Positions 57,477 through 64,000 of a stretch of DNA of 64,000 nucleotides are shown here, piece by piece. How positions within the stretch are numbered: the first letter of the stretch is position 1; each line of letters starts with the position of its first letter. Origin of the DNA: a virus (lineage: Duplodnaviria; Caudoviricetes); IMG/VR virus record IMGVR_UViG_3300034093_003299, positions 22,900-86,899 of that record; one strand, 5' to 3'. Both the position numbers and the translations under genes were made by a program. The notes beneath the pieces were generated by a model. The model worked only from the letters and a program-made list of their open reading frames with translations, had not been told where the DNA came from and did not search any database.

Positions 57477-58136
57477 TTACTCTGTATTATTAGTAAAATT
57501 TTTCTTAAAATTATCAATAATTTCAGTTATGTAAGGTCTAGTTGTAAAACTTGACGGCCTTGGTGTCTCGCTTGAGCTTTCTTCTATTGGGCCTCTTAAC
57601 TGTAAACCTCTCTCTGACCGACCTCTTGGGTAGTCGGCGTAATAAGGAACTCCAGAGATGCCTCTTTCTATTCCTTTGACCCAATTTCTACCGCCGGTCC
57701 ACATGTCTTCAAATTTAGATGCCTTAGCAAAATCATCCAAATCAGGGACTTGAATATTAATCTTTAATTCTTTTGTTCTTGTGCCGGTAGCAAATTGACC
57801 CTTTGCATTTCTAGGATAAATAATTGATAGATTTGTATTTTTGAATTTTATTTTCGATTGTAAAGCTAATCTTACTGGCGATATAGGATCAAATCCAGCG
57901 TTGAAACCAATAAAACCAAATAAATCCCCGTAGCCTCCTAAGGTCTCACTCTGATTTCCGTCTTCTGGATTCAGCAACTCTTTCGTGACATCGTGGTCAT
58001 CAAACTCTTTAATAGCTTTTGCTTTTTGTAATTCAAATTGTTCTTTTACGTCTTTTTCTATCTGGTCTTGAACATTAGGATTAGAAAGAATATCATTAAT
58101 AATATTTCCTTTTATTACTATGTTTGTGAGTTGCAT
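57477..58136 (-). CDS. Neck/tail completion protein (HK97 gp10-like position)
   Basis: 219 aa between the head-closure and terminator genes. HDVTKEL...LFGFIGF and WVKGIERGISG segments. Confidence 0.45.
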   Translation of the reverse strand: MQLTNIVIKGNIINDILSNPNVQDQIEKDVKEQFELQKAKAIKEFDDHDVTKELLNPEDGNQSETLGGYGDLFGFIGFNAGFDPISPVRLALQSKIKFKNTNLSIIYPRNAKGQFATGTRTKELKINIQVPDLDDFAKASKFEDMWTGGRNWVKGIERGISGVPYYADYPRGRSERGLQLRGPIEESSSETPRPSSFTTRPYITEIIDNFKKNFTNNTE

Positions 58137-58576
58137 TATCTTTCCCTTTCTAAATAGTAAGTAAAAAATTCAGAAGAAATATAAGGCCTCGGGGCTTGAG
58201 ACGAAATAAATTTAAACATTAATCCATCCAAAGACGCATAAAGAGTTTTGCCGTTTTGAATAAAGTCATTAGCGTCACTCTTGACTTTCATTTCGACTTC
58301 TCCTTTGTCTATTATATTATCTGCTTCTTCTAGTCTTTGTTGAGATTGTTTTTTTGTAAAAGTAACTAGAGCCGGGAATACTCCAGTGACTGGAATGTAA
58401 TTAATATTATCAATATCTGATCTTTCATTGTAACCATACATTCTTGGTTGATTAATATTAGTTATTTCTATTCGGGCTTCCTTATAAATGATTACATCTT
58501 GGCTAAAAGTATCAAATAAATTAGCCATTGCTTTCTCAAAACTAGCTTTCTGCGCGGCAGACAATAAAGAAGCCAT
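58136..58576 (-). CDS. Head-tail joining (head closure/stopper-like) protein
   Basis: 146 aa, beta-rich, first gene of the neck block. Confidence 0.45.
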   Translation of the reverse strand: MASLLSAAQKASFEKAMANLFDTFSQDVIIYKEARIEITNINQPRMYGYNERSDIDNINYIPVTGVFPALVTFTKKQSQQRLEEADNIIDKGEVEMKVKSDANDFIQNGKTLYASLDGLMFKFISSQAPRPYISSEFFTYYLERER

Positions 58577-58583
58577 GCTTTTT

Positions 58584-58590
58584 ATTACAC
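58584..58590 (-). promoter_or_regulatory. GTGTAAT late-promoter-like motif
   Basis: attacac on the + strand, only 7 nt before ATG 58576, with no Shine-Dalgarno. Confidence 0.5.
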
Positions 58591-58618
58591 TCTATCCAGA
58601 GAGAATCTCTTATTAAGT

Positions 58619-59500
58619 TCAAATTATAACATTCAAATGAGCAACATTACTCAAGACTTCCCCAGCAGCATTATATACTTTAACCGTATAATCTCCGGCT
58701 TGATTCTCTTGCAAATCTGATAAATTATATCCTGCCCAGACAACTCCAGAAATCTCAGAACCATTAAGCATCCATTGGTAAGATGGAGTCGGGTATCCCG
58801 TCGCCATTACACTAAATATAAATGAAGATCCAGTAACGGCTTCTCCTCCTACTGGTTGATCTACTATCACTGGAACAACTGGCGGAGCAACAGAAATTTG
58901 GCATCCAGAACTCGTAACTGAGCCCAAAGAGTTTGATACTACAACATCATAGAGCCCAGCTTGATCTAGTTGTATGTTTAAAATTTGTAATCCGTCTCCA
59001 TTCACTCCTGATAGATTTTCAGAATCTTTTCTCCATTGATAATTTAGAGGTTGCCCAGCGGCCATTAATGACACATAGATATTCTGCCCAGACCATAAAG
59101 AAATGCCAGATTGAGGCTGTATTGTAATGGACGGGGCAATGACTGGAAATATATCAGCAGGCCAAGGAGACGGAGGAGTTACAACCGGAGGATTAATTTG
59201 GTTGACTATTTGTTGAATTGATGAGTTTTCAAATCTTTCTTTATCTCCAGATTGAAAAACCGAATAAACCCAATTAAACACTTGATTTTCCTGCAAGTCA
59301 AGGTAAGGGGTAACTGTCCCAGAATACGCTGGAATACTAGTTACGCTATAAACTCTACCGTAGTATGGCCCGCCGCTTACGCCATTATAATAAGACAAGC
59401 AGTCCCAGTGGACATTAAACACATAATCGGTTGCGCCGCTGAACTCAGGGTAGCAGTCCATTGCTGTTACTTTCCACTTTAGTTGCATGTCTTCGCTCAT
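58619..59500 (-). CDS. Virion surface protein with two immunoglobulin (I-set-like) domains
   Basis: 293 aa. PSITIQP...LNYQWRKD...GLYDVVVSNSLGSVTS and PVIVDQP...YQWMLNG...GDYTVKVYNAAGEVLS. The N-terminal domain is a common small phage domain ending PPVVTPPSPW. Confidence 0.8.
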   Translation of the reverse strand: MSEDMQLKWKVTAMDCYPEFSGATDYVFNVHWDCLSYYNGVSGGPYYGRVYSVTSIPAYSGTVTPYLDLQENQVFNWVYSVFQSGDKERFENSSIQQIVNQINPPVVTPPSPWPADIFPVIAPSITIQPQSGISLWSGQNIYVSLMAAGQPLNYQWRKDSENLSGVNGDGLQILNIQLDQAGLYDVVVSNSLGSVTSSGCQISVAPPVVPVIVDQPVGGEAVTGSSFIFSVMATGYPTPSYQWMLNGSEISGVVWAGYNLSDLQENQAGDYTVKVYNAAGEVLSNVAHLNVII

Positions 59501-59523
59501 AGTTTTGTTATTATATAAAATTT

Positions 59524-59530
59524 ATTACAC
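59524..59530 (-). promoter_or_regulatory. GTGTAAT late-promoter-like motif
   Basis: attacac on the + strand, intergenic, 23 nt upstream of ATG 59500. A TATAAT also lies at 59510-59515. Confidence 0.45.
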
Positions 59531-59550
59531 TGTTTAAAATGATTTGGGCG

Positions 59551-61554
59551 TTATAATCCAAATCTTCCTTTTGTGGCATTGTAATTTTGTGTAATTTCTG
59601 TAACGGAAAGCGCCCGGTTATACATTTTTAACATTGCACATTTACCATTCACCATGTAACTACCATAACCACTAATTCTTATATCTCCAGCGGTATTATC
59701 GAATATCACACCATTAGTTGAACCTATGTTTACATTATTTAAATAAAGTTTATTTATTGTTCCGTCAGACGTTGCTACTATATTGTTCCAAGAATTTAAT
59801 GTAAAACCCGGACCTGATGTAAGACCCGCGTTAGGATTTTTATTGTAGCGTATTAAACCATTCAAATCTGACCACACTTCAAAACCACTGCTTGATTGAT
59901 ATACAAATACGGACCCCCCAACATCATATGCATTAATATATACCCAAATATCAATAGTTGCTGCTGTAAAATTTATATCAGGGATTGATACATAATCATT
60001 CGTGCCATCAAATACAATAGCGCCACCAACATCAGAACTATAAGTTGGTCCATTTGTTAATGTTCCATTATTACTATTTCCACTTACATCATAAAATGTT
60101 GTACCTGATCCAGCATAACTATATATATTACCAGCATCAAGATTTAATACTAATCCTTGTTGTACAATTGTATTTGCAAATTTTGACTTTTGAGCTTCGT
60201 AATTTTGAGATATTTCTGTTGCACTTAATGCTCTGCTGTATATTAATGTATTACTAATATTACCATCTAATGGCCTTCCATCTCCATAAAATCCATCTGG
60301 AGAATATCCTATATAATAATTTTGAGTTGTTCCTATGCTAGTAAAATTACTTGTTTGAGTACTTCCACCATTTTGTGATCCATTTATATATAATTTCCAG
60401 CCAGAACCATCTACTGTTACTACAAAATTTTGCCATGTATTTGCGACGACTACCGCAGATGAATATCCATCAGGAGACCAAGTATTGCTTGATCTAACTG
60501 CCCAATGTAATTGAGAATTTTCTATTTCAAAAATTATTTGATTTGCGGAATCTTTTGAAGATTTAAAAAGCATACCTTTTGTTGTCAATGTTTTAAGATA
60601 TGCCCAAATTGATATTGTAAATGTGGAAAAAGATGAAAATGAATTTGATGTTAAAATTGAATAATCATTTGAACCATCAAATTTTAAAGATCCTTTATTA
60701 TAAAAATCATAAAGCGGCATATTTGCGACATTTTGACTACCTGATGCCCCACCAAATGATCCATTATTATTATTGTTACTCAAATCAATTATACTTCTAT
60801 CAGTATTTGATATACCCCATTTTTGTCCAAGATATGTGTGAACTTGTTTCATTTCTGTAGAACTTAATGCTCTATTAAAAATAAGGATTTCCGCAATTTC
60901 GCCGCTCCAATATTCTCCGCTTGATGAACCTGTATAATACGCACCCACTCTATAGCCTCTTGTATTTGTTAATGATCTTGAATTACTTGTTTGAGAAGAT
61001 CCATTTAAATACAATGTTTCTGACCCAACAGATGAAACATTTGTAGAAAACAAGTACCAGACATTTAAAGATATTGGATTGGAAGTATAAACATTAGACC
61101 AATTACCAAGTTTTCCAGAAGAAGCTTGTTGATATAAATAAATATCAGCACTTTGAGCAGCAGTTGTAGATGTAATAATATCTCTTTCGCCAGTCGCCGA
61201 TGATTTAACTATAGTAAACGCAGTGTAACCATTTGCAAGAGTCAAAGCGCTGGTCCCATCTAAAAAATCATTTGTGCCGTCAAAATTTACAGTTTTTCTA
61301 CTATTTTGGAACGTACTTCTACTTGGTTGATTTCCAACAGTTGCTTGCGATGAATGATTATTTAATCCACTTTTGTCTCTCCATTGACTCACTATATTTC
61401 CAGAGCTATAACTAAAAGTAGAGTCATCGGCAGCGTCAAGCCAAAGCAACAATCCCCCTTTCACAGGCAAATCAGTTGGATATGATTTATTTTGTGATGC
61501 ATCTAAACACATCACTAAACTATCCGTAATAATTTTGGGGCTATATTGTAGCAT
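59551..61554 (-). CDS. LamG/concanavalin-A-like adhesin with three lectin-like domains (one nested)
   Basis: 667 aa. LxLDA...DxSGNxNNG starts and IYxRALSxxEIxQNYxAxKxRF ends. An LLLWLDAAD...YLGQKWGI domain is inserted in the first LamG. Confidence 0.85.
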   Translation of the reverse strand: MLQYSPKIITDSLVMCLDASQNKSYPTDLPVKGGLLLWLDAADDSTFSYSSGNIVSQWRDKSGLNNHSSQATVGNQPSRSTFQNSRKTVNFDGTNDFLDGTSALTLANGYTAFTIVKSSATGERDIITSTTAAQSADIYLYQQASSGKLGNWSNVYTSNPISLNVWYLFSTNVSSVGSETLYLNGSSQTSNSRSLTNTRGYRVGAYYTGSSSGEYWSGEIAEILIFNRALSSTEMKQVHTYLGQKWGISNTDRSIIDLSNNNNNGSFGGASGSQNVANMPLYDFYNKGSLKFDGSNDYSILTSNSFSSFSTFTISIWAYLKTLTTKGMLFKSSKDSANQIIFEIENSQLHWAVRSSNTWSPDGYSSAVVVANTWQNFVVTVDGSGWKLYINGSQNGGSTQTSNFTSIGTTQNYYIGYSPDGFYGDGRPLDGNISNTLIYSRALSATEISQNYEAQKSKFANTIVQQGLVLNLDAGNIYSYAGSGTTFYDVSGNSNNGTLTNGPTYSSDVGGAIVFDGTNDYVSIPDINFTAATIDIWVYINAYDVGGSVFVYQSSSGFEVWSDLNGLIRYNKNPNAGLTSGPGFTLNSWNNIVATSDGTINKLYLNNVNIGSTNGVIFDNTAGDIRISGYGSYMVNGKCAMLKMYNRALSVTEITQNYNATKGRFGL

Positions 61555-61569
61555 TTTATTCCTTTATAA

Positions 61570-63216
61570 TTATAATTCGAATCTTGTTTTTGTTGCTTGA
61601 AAATTTTGAGATATTTCTGCGGCTGATAAAGCTCTGTTATATGCTCTAGCGCTAGCTACATGTCCGCCAAAAGCTTTATAATTAACAGTCCCTCCGGCAT
61701 CAATTTGAGATTTTGATATTCCTATATTGCCAGCAGATGGAGTTAAAGAAGAATCATATGGCAATGTTGCAGTAGCAACTGAACTAAATAAAGTTCCATT
61801 TATAAAAAGAGATATAGTTCCTCCGCCAATATTTACTAAAACACAATGATACCATAGATTTAATGAAAAGTTATATCCAGAAGTATTCCTATACGCATCG
61901 GCTCCTCTAATAAATCCAAATAAATTAAAAGCATTTCCTGAAGCATTTCCACTCCAATAAAGCGCCACTCCGCTATAATAAGTCGCACCCATTAATACTC
62001 CGGCTTGAGTTGTTATTCCAGATGCATTTGCAGCTAAAGCTGCTGGATATGCTGTAATTTTTGCCCAAGTTTCAAATGTAAAATTAGAAGAAGCTGGAAA
62101 ATTAGTAAGAGGAAGATTCGTAGTTATTTCATCATCCGATCCATCAAATAAAATATTTCCTTTATTAGAAGTATCAAATGTAGGACCATTTGTTAATGTT
62201 CCATTATATCCATTACCACTCAAATCTACAAAAAATGCGCCTGTAACAAAAGTCCCGCTGCTAGTAAATGTATGGACTGTTTCAGTGCCTACCGTAGTAA
62301 CTGTTCCGCCAGTTGCTTTTTGTGGTCCTTTATAACGAATTATAACAATGCCAGAGCCACCATCGCCGCCTTTGTTATTTGAGTTATAATGACTGCCGCC
62401 GCCGCCGCCACCTCCAGTATTTGCTCCTGCATTGCCGCCGGGAGTATTTGCCCATGAATTGGGACTGCCACCACCACCAGCAGAACCGTTATTTAAACCA
62501 GCGCCGCCAGTTGTGATTCCAACCGCGCCACCACCACCACCGCCAATACCACCATCACCACCGGATGATAATGAATATGCAGAACCACCGCCACCACCAC
62601 CAAAATAATATTGACTCATCGTTGGATAAAGTACACCGGGGCCTCCATTTGGTTTATTTGGTCCTGAAACACCAACCCCTCCTGCACCACCACCACCACC
62701 AGAATAATACTGCCCACTACTTGAACCGCCATTAAATCCTTGTCCAGCAGATCCAGTACCAGCCCTTCCTGTACTTCCGTCACTATATCCAGATGCACCA
62801 CCACCACTTCCGCCAGGACCACCATATCCATTATTAGGTGAATATCCGAAATAAGAACTACCACCATATCCACCACCAGTCGCCGTAATTGATCCAAATA
62901 CACTGTTTCCACCTTGAGTTGCTGAAATATTATATTGATGTCCTGTATTTTGTCCATTTGTTCCTGCGGCTGGCGCTCCTGTTCCTCCATTTCCAACAGT
63001 AACTGTAATCGTCGATCCTCTAGTTATTGCGTAAGACGAACTATAAATCACACCACCGCCACCGCCACCTCCACCCATATCCATACCACCCCCGCCGCCG
63101 CCAGCGACAACTAATACTTCAGCTTTAATTGGACCATACGAATTTGCACTCGATGCATCCAAATCTAAAACCAATCCACTCCTAACTATTTGCGGCCCAT
63201 TATTTACTGTACTCAT
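61570..63216 (-). CDS. LamG adhesin with inserted glycine-rich domain
   Basis: 548 aa. GLVLDLDASSANSY, then the phage glycine-rich domain (VLVVAGGGGGG...GGSGIVIIRY...VHTFTSSGTF), then DLSGNGYNGTLTNGP and a LamG ending RALSAAEISQNFQATKTRF. Confidence 0.85.
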   Translation of the reverse strand: MSTVNNGPQIVRSGLVLDLDASSANSYGPIKAEVLVVAGGGGGGMDMGGGGGGGGVIYSSSYAITRGSTITVTVGNGGTGAPAAGTNGQNTGHQYNISATQGGNSVFGSITATGGGYGGSSYFGYSPNNGYGGPGGSGGGASGYSDGSTGRAGTGSAGQGFNGGSSSGQYYSGGGGGAGGVGVSGPNKPNGGPGVLYPTMSQYYFGGGGGGSAYSLSSGGDGGIGGGGGGAVGITTGGAGLNNGSAGGGGSPNSWANTPGGNAGANTGGGGGGGSHYNSNNKGGDGGSGIVIIRYKGPQKATGGTVTTVGTETVHTFTSSGTFVTGAFFVDLSGNGYNGTLTNGPTFDTSNKGNILFDGSDDEITTNLPLTNFPASSNFTFETWAKITAYPAALAANASGITTQAGVLMGATYYSGVALYWSGNASGNAFNLFGFIRGADAYRNTSGYNFSLNLWYHCVLVNIGGGTISLFINGTLFSSVATATLPYDSSLTPSAGNIGISKSQIDAGGTVNYKAFGGHVASARAYNRALSAAEISQNFQATKTRFEL

Positions 63217-63219
63217 ATT

Positions 63220-63999
63220 TTATATTCCATAAGTTTTACGGGTTGCATTGAAATTTTGCAATACTTCTGCGGCAGTTAATAGTCTACTGTATATTTTAAA
63301 ATTAGATATTTGACCATTAAAATCATAAGCAGTATTTGTTGTTTGTCTTCCTATTCTCCGATCATTTCCAGAATTAGGAGTTGCATTTTTAGCTGCAAAT
63401 CCTGTTCCTGTAGTTGATAAAGATCCGTTTACATAAAAATAAACATAATCTCCGTCTCTTACAAATCCTATATAATTCCAAGATCCATTTGTTACATTCA
63501 CAGTATTATTATGAGGTAAATCACCAATCCACACTCTGCATCCACCATTACTAGGTTGAGTTAAAAATTGAACACCTAAAGTTCCTGCGACATTCATGTT
63601 ATTAAAAATATTTCCAAAATTACCCGTAGCAGAAGATTTAATCCAAGTAAATATAGAAAAATTATTTAAATTAAAATCTAAAAATGTAGAAGACGGTAAA
63701 TCAATATAATTAGCAGACCCACCAAAAATATATCCTGTACTATCAAAAGATACATTTGTCAAATCTGCATTAACATTATTTCCACTCATATCCAACAAAC
63801 CACCACCACCAGCAACAGTATTAGCAGCGCGAGATGTTGGTGTAAATTCTGAGGCGTATGATTTTTGTTCTACTTGTAATTCTGCTATATCTACTGTTAA
63901 TGGAAGTGTTCCAGTATCATTAAAAATATAAGTATATAAAACACCACTAGTTGCAGAAGCAGTGAATGTTGCAGTCCATCTTTGCCAATTAGTTGTTAG
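63220..63999 (-). CDS. LamG adhesin, 5' truncated by the window end, with an upstream CBM-like domain
   Basis: The frame is open from 63999 (LTTNWQRWTATFTAS...ELQVEQKSYASEFTPTSR...GGGGLLDMSGNN), so the track's TTG start at 63798 is internal. Ends YSRLLTAAEVLQNFNATRKTYGI. Confidence 0.8.
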   Translation of the reverse strand, partial: LTTNWQRWTATFTASATSGVLYTYIFNDTGTLPLTVDIAELQVEQKSYASEFTPTSRAANTVAGGGGLLDMSGNNVNADLTNVSFDSTGYIFGGSANYIDLPSSTFLDFNLNNFSIFTWIKSSATGNFGNIFNNMNVAGTLGVQFLTQPSNGGCRVWIGDLPHNNTVNVTNGSWNYIGFVRDGDYVYFYVNGSLSTTGTGFAAKNATPNSGNDRRIGRQTTNTAYDFNGQISNFKIYSRLLTAAEVLQNFNATRKTYGI

Positions 64000-64000
64000 G

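Noticed and set aside
671-62996. Short opposite-strand or nested ORFs in the track (e.g. 671-955, 9062-9751, 22348-22731, 43836-44384, 55703-56206, 62616-62996)
   Set aside because: They lie wholly within well-supported genes, lack motifs and start signals, and read as antisense or off-frame shadows.
62380-63100. (CCA/CCG)n microsatellite-like tracts
   Set aside because: They encode the poly-Gly runs of a known type of phage glycine-rich domain and are not an independent repeat element.
59551-64000. Diversity-generating retroelement acting on the lectin genes
   Set aside because: No reverse transcriptase in the window and no roughly 100-bp TR/VR pair differing at adenines was seen. Shared DNA is limited to about 22 bp.
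1-64000. Alternative genetic code (stop-codon reassignment)
   Set aside because: Genes up to 11 kb are uninterrupted in the standard code, and TAA, TAG and TGA all end genes at coupled junctions.
1-64000. Eukaryotic giant virus or bacterial chromosome origin
   Set aside because: DnaE/DnaB/DnaG replication genes, a TMP-centred tail operon, Shine-Dalgarno and sigma70-type signals and an intrinsic terminator indicate a tailed bacteriophage. No housekeeping, rRNA or tRNA genes were seen.

Overview
The window is a 64 kb segment of a large, AT-rich dsDNA tailed-phage genome (Caudoviricetes, probably long-tailed and siphovirus-like, since no sheath gene is seen). It reads in the standard genetic code and is almost fully coding. 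It has two convergent modules. (1) A + strand replication/recombination operon (1-11739) encodes a DnaB helicase, a TOPRIM primase, a PD-(D/E)XK nuclease, a three-piece Pol III (separate PHP ORF, DEDDh exonuclease and DnaE core), an SSB, two glycosyltransferase-like genes and a Rad52/Sak-like annealase. (2) A - strand virion module (11740-64000) encodes LamG and Ig adhesins, head-tail joining proteins, a major tail protein, tail chaperones, a 3707-aa tape measure protein (TMP), tail-tip proteins and about 20 kb of giant orphan proteins. The most striking signal is inside the TMP. A recurring G-x-[IV]-P-N-[FY]-[AS] motif (about 12 copies) brackets five in-frame globular cassettes, four of about 240 aa and one of about 115 aa. 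Three cassettes carry recognisable motifs (protein-kinase-like, DUF7178/HhH-glycosylase-like, ParB/Srx-like) and two are unassigned. This suggests a TMP that doubles as a modular effector-delivery polyprotein. Other notable signals are matched near-leaderless sigma70-type promoters, a GTGTAAT late-promoter-like motif, strong [S/T]-G enrichment in virion proteins alongside phage-encoded glycosyltransferases, and LamG genes with interchangeable passenger domains at one insertion site. All family assignments come from motif recognition by eye; no searches were run.
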